Part shown: one piece after another, positions 1 through 10,366 of the stretch
Numbering within the stretch: position 1 is the stretch's first letter
Layout of the letters: each line of letters begins with the position of its first letter
Origin: Spirochaetia bacterium
GTDB taxonomy: Bacteria; Spirochaetota; Spirochaetia; SZUA-6; Bin103
Assembly (NCBI GenBank): GCA_965203905.1
Contig: CBDBDQ010000005.1
Span: 5,536,001-5,600,000, forward strand
DNA length: 64,000 nt
Direction: 5' to 3'
Program-made: the position numbers and the translations under genes
The notes under the pieces: generated by a model
Told to the model about the DNA's origin: nothing
The model's database searches: none
What the model saw: the letters and a program-made list of their open reading frames with translations, nothing else

Positions 1-3000
1 AACGGGATTCCGCCTGGAACTGGGTGACCTGTTCTTCCGGGTGCGCACGGGCGAGCGGTTGCGGGTCACCGCCCGTGGCAGCGCTCGGGCGTGGCCACCG
101 GCACTCGCGCACCGCCTGCCGGGTTCCGGCCGGCATCTGGATGCCGACTTCCGCGTCACCGGTACCACCGCCCCCGATCTGAGCGACGCCGAACTCACCG
201 TTCGTCTGGCCGAACTGACGTCGGCGGAGTTTCAGGCTGAGCCTCTGGACCTGCAGGTGGCGCTGTACGAGGACCGGCTGCGGGTAGTCCGGAACCAGGA
301 TCGTATCCCGCTCGACCTGATGCTGGACCATGACTTGAGCAGCGGACGCAGCGAGCTGACGTTCGCCGCCACGGGGTTGAACCTGGCCGACCTTTTTCGG
401 TTCGAGGAACAGCACTCGGTGTTCAGCCTGCTGCCCGGCGCCACGGTCAGCGGAAGCGCCCGCTGGGCTCACGACCCTGACCTCGGCATGGCGTACGAAG
501 CCAAGCTCAGCGGCCATGTCTCCGCCGGGACGGACACTCCACCGGCCGCGGTAGCCCTGGAGGCGCAGGGTGACGACACCCGTTTGGAAGTGTCCAATCT
601 GACCGTGGAGACCGCGGAAGGTGGTCTCGACTTCGCCGGCGACGTGCTGCTCGATACCCTGCTGCCGCAGGGAGAGCTGGCCATCCGCTCGCTGCAGGTG
701 CGTACCGGGGAGAAGCTGAACGCACGGGTTTCGCTCACCCGTGGCGAGGATGGCGCCATGGCACTTCGCAGCCGGCGGCTGGAATTGGATGAGACCGGAT
801 TCCGGCGCTTCGACCTGGATCTGCGCCCGGCCACGGCCGCGCCGCTGACCTACCGTTTCCAGGTCCGCGCCGAGGTACAGCAGGATTTCGCCAACTTCAT
901 CGACGGCGAGGGACTGATCGATCTCTCGGAGGCCCCGCGGCTGGAGCTGGCCGCCACCTTCGAGAACCTCGACGCCGGCATCCTGCAGCGGCTCGTGGCG
1001 CCGCCGGGAGAGCAACAGCCGTGGTCCGCCAGAAGCCTCGATGCACTGCTCGTGAGCGGGAGCATTGATTCTGCCACCGATTTCGCAACCGTGGCTGTCC
1101 GCGCCCCCGGGTTGCGGCTCCGCGACAGTGCCGACCCCGACAACCGCCTTCAGCTCAGCCTTACCGCGAATGAGCGGGGCATGCGGCTCGAAGGGTTGGC
1201 GGCTGAATGGCTGGGGCTGGAGGTGCGCGGTCAGGCACAGGTGACGAGGGCAGCGGATCAGGTCGAGCTGGCGGCCGCGCTGACTGTAAACGAGATTCCC
1301 TACGACCTGCGCCTCACCCACATGCCGGGGCGCGGCATAACCGCTACCGGCAGTCACTCCCTGGAGTTCGCCGCGGAGTATGACGGCGAGGAGGTGGCGT
1401 TCAGCGGTTCCGCCGTGCGGCTGCCTGTCCCGCTGCCGTTCGCCGGCGCGCCGCTCGAAGCCACTCTGGCCTTCAACGGGCAGTTCGCGAGCCCCGAGGC
1501 ATGGTCGGTGCACAGCGATGCCGTAACGCTGCACCGGCTGCCGCTGGTTGACCAGACCGACATGCACGTCGAGGTGGGGATCCGGGCCGACTCCTCCGGT
1601 GTCCGCCTGGAGCCGGTCGTGATTCGTGACCGGTTCTCGGAGCTGCGCGGAACCGGCAGCGTCGCTTTGCCGGCGCGGACGGACCAGGTCACGGCGCAGT
1701 TCTCCCTGGCCGACGCGCAGCGGGCCGAGCGTTACGAGGTGGCCTTGCAGTTGGCCGGTGGCACGCTGGAGGCCACGGCACGGGTGCGCGGCCTTCCGTT
1801 GCAGCGCCTGAGTGAGCTTCCGCTCAGCGGCGACCTGCACGCGGACCTGCAGGCGACAGGCCCTTGGAAGGACCTGTCGTGGCAGGCGGCGCTGGAACTG
1901 CACAATGGCCGGCTCAATGACGAGGAGGTCGCGATGACCGCGGCGCTGGAGCGCTCCGCGGCCGGCATGGAGTTGCGCGACCTCAGGTTCGACTTCCTCA
2001 GCCACCGGCTGCGCAACGGCAGTGGAGTACTGCGGACGGAGAGCGGCCTGTTGGAGTTCGAGGCTGACTACTCCGCCGAGTACTTCGGCGATCCGGTAAC
2101 CGCACACCTGCGCTTCGCCGCCGCAGACCTGAAGCTGAGCGAGGCGAACAACCTGCGGGACGCCCTGTCCGCCGGGGTCAGCGGGCAGCTGAGCGTAGAG
2201 CGCATCCGGGTTGCAGACGCGGCGCTGGATCCGTGGCGGCTGAGGCTTGCAGCGCAGCGCGTCCGCGAGCCGGGAGCCGCCACCGACGGCCGTTCGAGCG
2301 AGACTGCCGGCGCGGCCGGGGCCAGCGACGCCGAGGCTCTCGTAGTCCGTTTCGAGGGCGGGCCGCACGATGCGTTCGCCGGCCGCGTGTCGACCGGCGG
2401 CGGGTTCGCGCTGCAGGTCCAGGAAGGACCCTATCCGTTGCACGGCAACGCCAGCGGCTCCGTGGTCGGAGGCCACATCAACGCCATGGTGGAGATCGCG
2501 GACGCGGACGCGCGCGTGATCAACGAGGTGCTGAGCCTGGCTCCGATCTCACTCCGGGCGGGCACCGCTTACGGCAGTGCGCGGGTGACGGGTCCGATCA
2601 GCGACCCCGATTTCTGGGGCGAGATCACCCTCGCCGGCGGCGTAGCGGAATCTCCGCTGTCACCGCAGCCGGTAGGCCCTTTCAGGGCTCGGCTGAGCCT
2701 CGACGAGAAGCAGGTCTCGATCTCCGGATTCGCGTCCGACGGCGGCGCAGCGCTGCCACTCTCGTTACGCGGCAGCGCCACCGTGGAGCGTTGGGTTCCG
2801 GCACTGTTCGCACTGGACCTGGCGACCACCGCTCCCGGCGGATTCCCGATCAGCTACCAGTTCGGGCCCATGCTGTTCGACGGCATGGCGGCCGGCGCGG
2901 TCACGGTCGCGAGCGACTTGGGAACGGTGACGATCGACGGTGAGGTCGAGGCGGTCAGGGCGGAAGTCTCTCTGGTCGAGATCGAACCCGTGTCCGGCTT

Positions 3001-3907
3001 GGACGACCCGTTGCGGGTGGACGTTGCCGTCACCACCGGACGCAGCGTGGAGTTCACCTGGCCGTCTCCCCAGTTTCCCGTCCTGCGGCTGCTGCTGGTG
3101 CCCTCCGAGGCGGTGCAGATCGGTTACGACGGGCGCTCCGGCGACATCTCCGTCCAGGGTGACCTGTCGGTGCGCGGCGGCGACCTGTTCTACTTCGACC
3201 GCCAGTTCCTGCTGCGCGAGGGCCAGATCAGCTTCACCGGGGATGAGACCAGCATCGACCCGTGGCTCCAGGTTCGCGCCGAGGCACGCCAACGCGATCC
3301 TCAGGGCCAGCCGGTGCGCATCATACTGGAGGCCGACACTACCCTCAGCCGGTTCGGTCCGGATACGGTGCGCCTCTCTTCCGACCCGCCACAGAGCGCG
3401 CTGGTGCTGGATGCCCTGCTGCGCGACCCGCTGGTACGGGGCGACGGGCCGGACGACGGGGGAGCGGCGGGAATGTCGGCAGCCGCCTTCTCGGGTGACC
3501 TGTTGGCGCAGGTGGCACTGCTGCGGCCGGTGGAACGGGCCCTGCGCGAGGCTCTGGGCGTGGACATGGTGAGCATCCGCTCACAGTTCGTGCAGAACCT
3601 GGTGCTGGACGGATTCGGCGCCTCGGACGCAACCGGCGTCGGCCCCGGAACCGGCAATCCGCTTGACAACACCTCCCTCTCTTTCGGAAAGTATCTGGGA
3701 AGTGACCTGTTTCTCACCATGCTGCTCCGCCTCGACGCTCCTGGTAGCCAGCCGGACGATGATTTGCCGCTGCTATCGGATATCGAGTTGAGCCTGGAGT
3801 GGGCTACTCCCTTCTTCATGCTCGAGTGGTCGTTTCTGCCGCGAAACCTGAACACCTTGTTCGTAACGGATAACTCGATCTCCCTGCGCTGGGGGTGGAG
3901 CTACTGA
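1..3907 (+). CDS. tamB: Translocation and assembly module TamB-like protein (5' end outside window)
   Basis: Frame is open from base 2. Long beta-rich protein whose C-terminus looks like DUF490 (GGDLFYFDRQF, LSFGKYLGSDLF, ends RWGWSY). Lies immediately upstream of bamA, as in spirochaetes. Confidence 0.8.
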   Translation, partial: TGFRLELGDLFFRVRTGERLRVTARGSARAWPPALAHRLPGSGRHLDADFRVTGTTAPDLSDAELTVRLAELTSAEFQAEPLDLQVALYEDRLRVVRNQDRIPLDLMLDHDLSSGRSELTFAATGLNLADLFRFEEQHSVFSLLPGATVSGSARWAHDPDLGMAYEAKLSGHVSAGTDTPPAAVALEAQGDDTRLEVSNLTVETAEGGLDFAGDVLLDTLLPQGELAIRSLQVRTGEKLNARVSLTRGEDGAMALRSRRLELDETGFRRFDLDLRPATAAPLTYRFQVRAEVQQDFANFIDGEGLIDLSEAPRLELAATFENLDAGILQRLVAPPGEQQPWSARSLDALLVSGSIDSATDFATVAVRAPGLRLRDSADPDNRLQLSLTANERGMRLEGLAAEWLGLEVRGQAQVTRAADQVELAAALTVNEIPYDLRLTHMPGRGITATGSHSLEFAAEYDGEEVAFSGSAVRLPVPLPFAGAPLEATLAFNGQFASPEAWSVHSDAVTLHRLPLVDQTDMHVEVGIRADSSGVRLEPVVIRDRFSELRGTGSVALPARTDQVTAQFSLADAQRAERYEVALQLAGGTLEATARVRGLPLQRLSELPLSGDLHADLQATGPWKDLSWQAALELHNGRLNDEEVAMTAALERSAAGMELRDLRFDFLSHRLRNGSGVLRTESGLLEFEADYSAEYFGDPVTAHLRFAAADLKLSEANNLRDALSAGVSGQLSVERIRVADAALDPWRLRLAAQRVREPGAATDGRSSETAGAAGASDAEALVVRFEGGPHDAFAGRVSTGGGFALQVQEGPYPLHGNASGSVVGGHINAMVEIADADARVINEVLSLAPISLRAGTAYGSARVTGPISDPDFWGEITLAGGVAESPLSPQPVGPFRARLSLDEKQVSISGFASDGGAALPLSLRGSATVERWVPALFALDLATTAPGGFPISYQFGPMLFDGMAAGAVTVASDLGTVTIDGEVEAVRAEVSLVEIEPVSGLDDPLRVDVAVTTGRSVEFTWPSPQFPVLRLLLVPSEAVQIGYDGRSGDISVQGDLSVRGGDLFYFDRQFLLREGQISFTGDETSIDPWLQVRAEARQRDPQGQPVRIILEADTTLSRFGPDTVRLSSDPPQSALVLDALLRDPLVRGDGPDDGGAAGMSAAAFSGDLLAQVALLRPVERALREALGVDMVSIRSQFVQNLVLDGFGASDATGVGPGTGNPLDNTSLSFGKYLGSDLFLTMLLRLDAPGSQPDDDLPLLSDIELSLEWATPFFMLEWSFLPRNLNTLFVTDNSISLRWGWSY

Positions 3908-3941
3908 GGACGCCGCCCAGGCCTTCCGGCCCCAGCCTCGT

Positions 3942-3986
3942 GACAGTTTCCAACTGCAAGACAGTGCCCAACTGCAAGACAGTGCC
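3942..3986. repeat. 2.5 x 18-bp tandem repeat upstream of bamA
   Basis: GACAGTTTCCAACTGCAA / GACAGTGCCCAACTGCAA / GACAGTGCC read directly from the sequence. Confidence 0.9.
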
Positions 3987-4008
3987 GATCTACCTTCGCC
4001 GACGCCGG

Positions 4009-6519
4009 GTGGCACGCCGCGTGCCGGGCGCGTTCCTGTTGGCAGTGGCGAGTCTGCTCGCCGCCGTTCCGCTCTACTCCCAGGACCAGACCGACGAGTG
4101 GTATATCGACAAGCCGATCGTCGCCATTCGTTTCGTCGGTCTGCGTCATGTGGCCGAGGTCGATCTGCGCCCGATCGTTCAGCCGTACCTCGAGCGGGCG
4201 TTCACGCTGGACCTGTTCTGGGAGCTCCAGGGCAAGCTGTACGCGACCGATCTGTTCGCCAGTCTCGAGTCCAACGCGGTTGCCCCCGACGATGATCGCT
4301 CCGCGGTGATCATCGAGTTCGTGGCCCAGGAACGGCCACTGGTCGGTGCCATTACGGTTACCGGCAACCGGGGCTTGCGCAGCTCGGAGATTCTCGAGGT
4401 GGTGAGTCTGGCCCGGGGTGACGTGTTCGACCCGATCACCCTCAACGCCGACGAGGCTGCGGTGCTCGCCCTGTACGCCGAGAAGGGCTATCCCGACGCA
4501 ACCGTGAACATGGCGACGGTGCCGGACGAGGAGGCGGGCGAGGTCGCCGTGCGGGTGGAGGTTGCCGAGGGATTCGCGGTGAGCGTAGAGCAGATCCTGT
4601 TCGTCGGTAACCAGTTCGCCTCCGAGAGCACGCTGCGCGGCAGGATGCTCACCAAGCAGCGCTCGTTGTTTGACAGCGGGGCATTTCGCGAGGCCGCACT
4701 CCAGGAGGACCGCGAGATCATCGCGGCGTACTACGCTTCGCATGGTTACGTGGACGCTCGCGTGGACCGCATCGAGCGGGACCTGCGGCTCGATGCGGAC
4801 CAGGGCAGACGTTCCCTGGTGCTGACCCTCTACGTGAGCGAGGGCGAGCAGTACCGTTTCGGAGGCATGGAATTCGAGGGCAATGAGGTGTTCTCGACCG
4901 AGGAGCTGACCCGTCTGCTGCGCCACCGCGCGGACCAGGTGGTCAACCGCGACCTCGTCGAAGAGGACTTCACCCGCGTTCAGGACCACTACTTCGAGAA
5001 CGGTTACATCTTCAATGTCATCGAACTGGTCGAACAGCGCGACGAGCAGGCGCGTACCATAGCGTTCCGCGTCATCATTCAGGAGACCGATCGCGCGCAC
5101 ATCGAGAACATCATTCTCAGCGGCAATGAGAAGACCCAGGACCACGTGCTGCTGCGCGAATTGCCGTTCGAGGTGGGCGATGTGTTCAACAAGACCCAGA
5201 TCCTGCAGGGGCTGCGCAACCTCTACAACACCCAGTACTTCTCCGCCGTCACCCCGGAGACGCCGCCCGGCAGCGCGGCCGGCTTGATGGACGTGGTGAT
5301 CAGCGTCGAGGAACAGAGCACCGCGGACATCAACTTCGGCCTGACCATCGGCGGTTCCGACTTCCCGTTCGCCGCCTCGGTGCGCTGGAACGAGCGCAAT
5401 CTGGGGGGCGGTGGACAGACCGTGGGCGCGGCGCTGGAGTTGTCGCCCATCAAGCAGTCCCTCGTCTTCGAGTTCGGCGAACCGTGGCTGTTCGGCACGC
5501 GCTGGTCGGGCGGCGCCAATCTGGGAGTAGAGCGGGCCGTGGTGCGGAACGTGCAGCAGGACATCCTGCCGCCCATCTTCGACGATTCCGAGGTTGCGGC
5601 GCCCGATCCCTACGTGACCAGGGAAGAGTGGGAGGCGGCCGACCGCGAGTCGGTATCCCGCCGCTACGCCATGGAGTACACGGAATGGGACGTCGGCATC
5701 GGGCTGACCTCGGGCTATCGCATTCCGACTTCCCTGGGTTTCATTCGTTTCAGCGGTGGACTCTCCTCCAGCCTCAGGCTCCTCACCTACGATACGGCAA
5801 TCTATCGGCCGTTCGAGGAGACCATCCGCGAAGAGCGCGAGAATTGGGTCGTCGTGAATCGTCTCGACGCCGGTGTGGCCTGGGATACGCGTGACTTCTT
5901 CCTCAATCCGTCTGAGGGAGTCCTGCTGTCGCAGGGCGCCTCACTCACCGGCGGACTGCTCCACGGCGCGCGCCACTTCATCCGCCTGAACAGCCGCGCG
6001 GACGGGTTCCTGACCCTGGTCAAGGAGCCGGTGTTCAGCAATTGGGACCTGCATCTGGTGCTCGGCCTCCATACCGGGTTTGCCATGATTCTGCCGCAGT
6101 TCTGGTGGCCGGCGGAGTTCGACCAGGGTCTGGTCATCGATTCCGCCACCGACCTGCTGCTGCTTGACGGGATTCGCGTGGCGCGCGGCTGGGAGCCGAT
6201 TCGTGGCGGACGAGCCCGCTGGGAGAACTCGGTCGAGTTGCGCGTTCCGGTCGATCCGCGAGTGCTGTGGGCGGTCACCTTTCTCGATGCGGCGGTGTTG
6301 TGGCCCGAGCTGAACCAGGTGTCGGCGACCGAATTGCCGGACGTTCACTTCAGCCTGGGTGGAGGGTTTCGGTTCTCCATTCCGCAGTTCCCGGTGCGCC
6401 TGTACTTCGCCAACACGTTTCGCATCGTCGATGAGCCCGAGGTGCCGGAAGATACGTTGGACCTCTTCAAGCTCGAGGAGTGGAGGTTCGTGATCTCCCT
6501 GGGCGGAGATGTCTTTTAG
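4009..6519 (+). CDS. bamA: Outer membrane protein assembly factor BamA
   Basis: Signal peptide (MARRVPGAFLLAVASLLAAVPLYSQ; GTG 4009 chosen, start uncertain). POTRA repeats (IENIILSGNEKTQDHVLLRE), a beta-barrel region and terminal Phe. Confidence 0.93.
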   Translation: MARRVPGAFLLAVASLLAAVPLYSQDQTDEWYIDKPIVAIRFVGLRHVAEVDLRPIVQPYLERAFTLDLFWELQGKLYATDLFASLESNAVAPDDDRSAVIIEFVAQERPLVGAITVTGNRGLRSSEILEVVSLARGDVFDPITLNADEAAVLALYAEKGYPDATVNMATVPDEEAGEVAVRVEVAEGFAVSVEQILFVGNQFASESTLRGRMLTKQRSLFDSGAFREAALQEDREIIAAYYASHGYVDARVDRIERDLRLDADQGRRSLVLTLYVSEGEQYRFGGMEFEGNEVFSTEELTRLLRHRADQVVNRDLVEEDFTRVQDHYFENGYIFNVIELVEQRDEQARTIAFRVIIQETDRAHIENIILSGNEKTQDHVLLRELPFEVGDVFNKTQILQGLRNLYNTQYFSAVTPETPPGSAAGLMDVVISVEEQSTADINFGLTIGGSDFPFAASVRWNERNLGGGGQTVGAALELSPIKQSLVFEFGEPWLFGTRWSGGANLGVERAVVRNVQQDILPPIFDDSEVAAPDPYVTREEWEAADRESVSRRYAMEYTEWDVGIGLTSGYRIPTSLGFIRFSGGLSSSLRLLTYDTAIYRPFEETIREERENWVVVNRLDAGVAWDTRDFFLNPSEGVLLSQGASLTGGLLHGARHFIRLNSRADGFLTLVKEPVFSNWDLHLVLGLHTGFAMILPQFWWPAEFDQGLVIDSATDLLLLDGIRVARGWEPIRGGRARWENSVELRVPVDPRVLWAVTFLDAAVLWPELNQVSATELPDVHFSLGGGFRFSIPQFPVRLYFANTFRIVDEPEVPEDTLDLFKLEEWRFVISLGGDVF

Positions 6520-6568
6520 GAGTCCATCACGGTCACTCGGTGACCAGCCGGGATCGATCGCCGCTCGA

Positions 6569-7156
6569 ATGCAGCCGGAGTTGCGCCGCCGGCTGCCAGG
6601 CTGTCCGTCGGGCGCGCCGAGCGGGCGCTCGACGGCGTCGCTGTGGTGTTTGCTGCTGCTTCTGGTCGGCAGCAGCGGGTTGGCCGCCGAGCGGATCACG
6701 AACGTCGGTCTGGTGGATCTCCGGAGAGTGACCACCGCCTACTTCCGCGAATCGGCCGCGGTACGCGAGTTGCAGGCCGAGCGCGACCGTATGAACGCAG
6801 AGCGGGCACGGCTGGAAGCGGAGATCTTCGAGCTCGAGCGGCGCAAGGTGCAGGCGCAGCGCGACGGGTTGCGGCCGCGCGCGCTGCAGTTGGACGACGA
6901 GCTGCACACGCGAAAACAGCACCTGCGCGACTTCGTCGCGGTCAAGAACCGGCAACTCGCACAACAGGAAGCGCGGCTGGCGGAGTCGGATGCATTCCTG
7001 GGCGAGTTGGCGGCGGCAATTCAATTTGTCGCCGAGAGCGAGGGGTTGTCGCTGGTGTTGAACAAGAACAACCCGTCGCTGCTGTTCTTCGTGAAGGAGA
7101 TAGACGTAACCGAACTGGTAATCGCCGAGCTTGGGCGGCGGGTGAGACGAAACTGA
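6569..7156 (+). CDS. skp: OmpH/Skp family periplasmic chaperone
   Basis: Hydrophobic signal region, VGLVDL motif, coiled coil, C-terminal IDVTELVI; follows bamA. Start uncertain. Confidence 0.85.
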   Translation: MQPELRRRLPGCPSGAPSGRSTASLWCLLLLLVGSSGLAAERITNVGLVDLRRVTTAYFRESAAVRELQAERDRMNAERARLEAEIFELERRKVQAQRDGLRPRALQLDDELHTRKQHLRDFVAVKNRQLAQQEARLAESDAFLGELAAAIQFVAESEGLSLVLNKNNPSLLFFVKEIDVTELVIAELGRRVRRN

Positions 7157-7163
7157 GGTCCTC

Positions 7164-7592
7164 ATGGCGCGCGTGATGGCTCTCGATGTCGGCGAGCGCC
7201 GGGTAGGGGTCGCGCTCAGCGACGCTGAAGGGCGCATCGCGGCGCCCCACGACACGCTGCCCAACCGGGGCCTGCGCCGCCTGATATCCGGGATCCTGGA
7301 GCTCTGTCGGACGCAGCGCGTCGCGGTGGTGGTGGTCGGGCTGCCGACACGGGCTGACGGTACTGCCGGGAGCGCGTCGCGGTTGCCGTTGCGAGTGGCG
7401 GCCGCGTTGCGCGCCGCTGGAGTCGCGACCGAGCTCTGGGATGAGAGTTTCACCAGCGATACGGCGCGCGCTCTGCTTGCCGGCAGCATCCCCCAGCGGC
7501 GCGCCCGCCGTGCGGGGGTGGTGGACCGCGTGGCGGCCGCCCTGATCCTGCGATCCTACCTCGAGGCAGCACGGTCACGTGCCACGGAGTGA
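7164..7592 (+). CDS. ruvX: YqgF/RuvX family nuclease (pre-16S rRNA maturation)
   Basis: MALDVGERRVGVALSD, VVGLP, WDESFTS and VDRVAAALIL motifs. Confidence 0.92.
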   Translation: MARVMALDVGERRVGVALSDAEGRIAAPHDTLPNRGLRRLISGILELCRTQRVAVVVVGLPTRADGTAGSASRLPLRVAAALRAAGVATELWDESFTSDTARALLAGSIPQRRARRAGVVDRVAAALILRSYLEAARSRATE

Positions 7593-10366
7593 CGGTGTCG
7601 AGTCACAGCCCGATGATGGTGCAGTACCGGGAACTCAAGCGCCGCCATCAGGAGGCGATTCTGTTCTTTCGACTCGGCGACTTCTACGAGATGTTCGATT
7701 CCGACGCGAAGGAGGCGGCGGGGTTGCTGGAGATCGCTCTGACCCAGCGCAACGGCGTCCCGATGTGCGGAGTACCCCATCATTCCGCGCGGTCCTACAT
7801 CGCACGGCTGCTCAAGGCGGGGCGGCGGGTGGCGGTGTGCGAGCAGACGGCGCTGCCGGCGTCCGGTCGCGGCCTGGCACAGCGGGAAGTGGTGGAAGTG
7901 GTGACGCCCGGGACGGTGATCGACGAAGAACTGCTCGACGGCGCGAGCAACAATTTCCTGGCGGCGCTCGGGAGTCCCACCAATTCGGCGGACGGAGGAG
8001 CGGCCGCCAGCAGAGCCGCGGGACAGGTGGCGCTGGCCGCGCTCGATCTGTCCACGGGAGACTTTCGCGCCACCGCCTTCCCGCTGGCGGACGCGCCGGC
8101 GCGCCTCGCCGACGAGTTGGCACGGCTGGCGCCGCGCGAGTTGCTGGCGCAGGAGTCGTTACTCGAAGAGCTGCCTGAGATCGCCCGTGCCGTGCGCCAG
8201 CACCTGCCGCAGAGCACCGTGGTCCAGCGCTACCCCGACTGGCAGTTCGACGTCGCGGCCGGCCACGAGACCCTGTGCGAGCTGTTCGGCGTGGCGAATC
8301 TGAAGGGATTCGGGTTGGCCCAGGATGCTGCCGAGCTGGGCGCGGCCGGTCTGCTGGTGAACTATTCGCAGCAGACGGCGCGGCAGGTCCTCGGACACCT
8401 GGACGGCATCGAGGTCTATGGAACCGAATCATGCGTTGCGTTGGACGAGACTGCGCAACGCAGCCTGGAACTGGTGCGCAACCTGGAAGACGGCTCACGC
8501 GAGCGTACCCTGCTGGCGGTGCTGGACCACACGCGCACCGCGATGGGTGCCCGCCTGCTGCGACGTGCCGTGCTGGAACCGCTGCGCGAAGAAACGGCGA
8601 TCGTGGCCAGGTTGAACGCCGTGGAGTTCCTGTTTCGGCGCCAGCACACCCTGGCGGCCGTGCGTGAGGGGCTGCGGCGGGTTGCCGACCTGGAGCGCCT
8701 GGCCGGCCGCGTCGCGCTGGCCCGCGCCCATCCGCGCGATCTGCGCGCCATCGCCGCCGGCGTGCGCGCGGCACAGGAGGTCGCCGCCGCGTTGCGGGCC
8801 GCAGACGGAGGATCGGAGATCGGTTCCGATGCGAGTGCTCACTCGCACGGGCCCGGTGCCGAGGATGGTGGTCTGGCCATGCCGCTGCACGCCGCCGCGG
8901 CCGCCGCGGAGCCGGTGGCGGCGCTGATCGAAAAAGCGCTGGTGGACGAGCCGCCGTTATCCATTACCGAGGGCGGCATCATGCGCCCCGGCCATGATGA
9001 GGAACTGGATCGATTGCGGGCTGCAGAGGAGGACGCGGAGACGCTGTTGCAGTCCTACCTCGAGGAGGAACGGGCTGCGACGGGAATCGCGAGCCTCAAG
9101 CTGCGCAACAATCGCGTGCTTGGCTGGTACCTGGAGGTGACCCCCAGCCAGGCGGCGCGCGTGCCGAGCCACTTCGTGCGCCGCCAGTCACTGGTGGGTG
9201 GCGAGCGCTTCACCACGGAGCGGCTGCGGCAGCTCGACCGCGAGACCGCGGTCGCCGGCGAGCGGCTGCGCGAGTTGGAGCGCGCCGCGTTTCTTGCCGT
9301 GCGCGACCGGGTTGCAACCGATGTTTCCGCGCTGTTGGCCCTCGGACGGGTGCTGGCCGGCGTCGATCTGGCGCAGAGTCTGGCGCTGGCCGCCACCGTG
9401 GGCGGCTACACACGGCCGACGCTAAGAGCGCCGGGCACCGGGATCGTGATTCGTGAAGGGCGCCACCCGGTGGTGGAGGCGATGTTGCCGGCCGGTGCGT
9501 TCGTGCCCAACGATCTGACTCTGGAGCCGGATGGCACCCGCTTCGTGGTGCTCACCGGACCCAACATGGCGGGGAAGTCCACCTACCTGCGGCAGGCTGC
9601 GCTGATCGTGCTGATGGCCCAGCTCGGTTCGTTCGTGCCAGCCGCCGAGGCCCGCATCGGGGTGGTCGACGGTGTCTACTGCCGGGTCGGTGCGAGCGAC
9701 AACCTGGCGCGTGGCGAGTCGACCTTCCTGGTGGAGATGAACGAAACCGCGCGCATTCTGCGCGCCGCCACCGGCCGCAGTCTTGTGATCCTCGACGAGA
9801 TCGGCCGCGGCACCAGCACCGAGGATGGCCGTGCCATTGCCTGGGCGGTATGCGAATACCTGCTGGACGCGGTGCGCGCGCTCACCCTGTTCGCAACCCA
9901 CCTGCGGGAACTCACTCAGCTCCGGCATCCGCGGGCCGCCAACTACGCCATGAGGGTCGTCGAGGAGGATCAGCAGGTGGTGTTTCTCAAGCGCGTATCC
10001 GTGGGCGCCGCCGACCAGTCCTACGGCGTCCACGTGGCGGCCCTCGCCGGTGTGCCGGAGCCCGTGGTGGTGCGGGCACGCGAGATGCTCCGGGCGCTGG
10101 AGTCGAAGGCACCGCCGGACCCGGAGTCGCGACCGGCGGATTCCGCCCCGAAACCGCCTCCCGGCGTCGCTTTTGGCCCAGCCTCGCCTGCCACGGGCAT
10201 CGAAGCTGGGCCGCCGGCGCAGCGCTATCGTCAGGCCGACCTGTTCTCGGCCCATGAACTGGTGGGACGGGCGGTGGCGACGGTGGACGTGGACGCCACC
10301 ACGCCGCTGGAGGCGCTGGAGTTGCTGGCGCGCTGGCAACGCGAGTTGCGTCGGAGCGAGTCTTGA
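7589..10366 (+). CDS. mutS: DNA mismatch repair protein MutS
   Basis: SPMMVQY, FRLGDFYEMF, Walker A TGPNMAGKSTY, STFLVEM, DEIGRGTS. Confidence 0.97.
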   Translation: MTVSSHSPMMVQYRELKRRHQEAILFFRLGDFYEMFDSDAKEAAGLLEIALTQRNGVPMCGVPHHSARSYIARLLKAGRRVAVCEQTALPASGRGLAQREVVEVVTPGTVIDEELLDGASNNFLAALGSPTNSADGGAAASRAAGQVALAALDLSTGDFRATAFPLADAPARLADELARLAPRELLAQESLLEELPEIARAVRQHLPQSTVVQRYPDWQFDVAAGHETLCELFGVANLKGFGLAQDAAELGAAGLLVNYSQQTARQVLGHLDGIEVYGTESCVALDETAQRSLELVRNLEDGSRERTLLAVLDHTRTAMGARLLRRAVLEPLREETAIVARLNAVEFLFRRQHTLAAVREGLRRVADLERLAGRVALARAHPRDLRAIAAGVRAAQEVAAALRAADGGSEIGSDASAHSHGPGAEDGGLAMPLHAAAAAAEPVAALIEKALVDEPPLSITEGGIMRPGHDEELDRLRAAEEDAETLLQSYLEEERAATGIASLKLRNNRVLGWYLEVTPSQAARVPSHFVRRQSLVGGERFTTERLRQLDRETAVAGERLRELERAAFLAVRDRVATDVSALLALGRVLAGVDLAQSLALAATVGGYTRPTLRAPGTGIVIREGRHPVVEAMLPAGAFVPNDLTLEPDGTRFVVLTGPNMAGKSTYLRQAALIVLMAQLGSFVPAAEARIGVVDGVYCRVGASDNLARGESTFLVEMNETARILRAATGRSLVILDEIGRGTSTEDGRAIAWAVCEYLLDAVRALTLFATHLRELTQLRHPRAANYAMRVVEEDQQVVFLKRVSVGAADQSYGVHVAALAGVPEPVVVRAREMLRALESKAPPDPESRPADSAPKPPPGVAFGPASPATGIEAGPPAQRYRQADLFSAHELVGRAVATVDVDATTPLEALELLARWQRELRRSES

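Noticed and set aside
3895-4008. ORF-track N-terminal extension of BamA (similar extensions for rpsO, dtd, lptF, lptG, Uma2, SRAP)
   Set aside because: Extensions overlap upstream genes or lack family similarity; downstream starts fit signal peptides, SD motifs or known N-termini.
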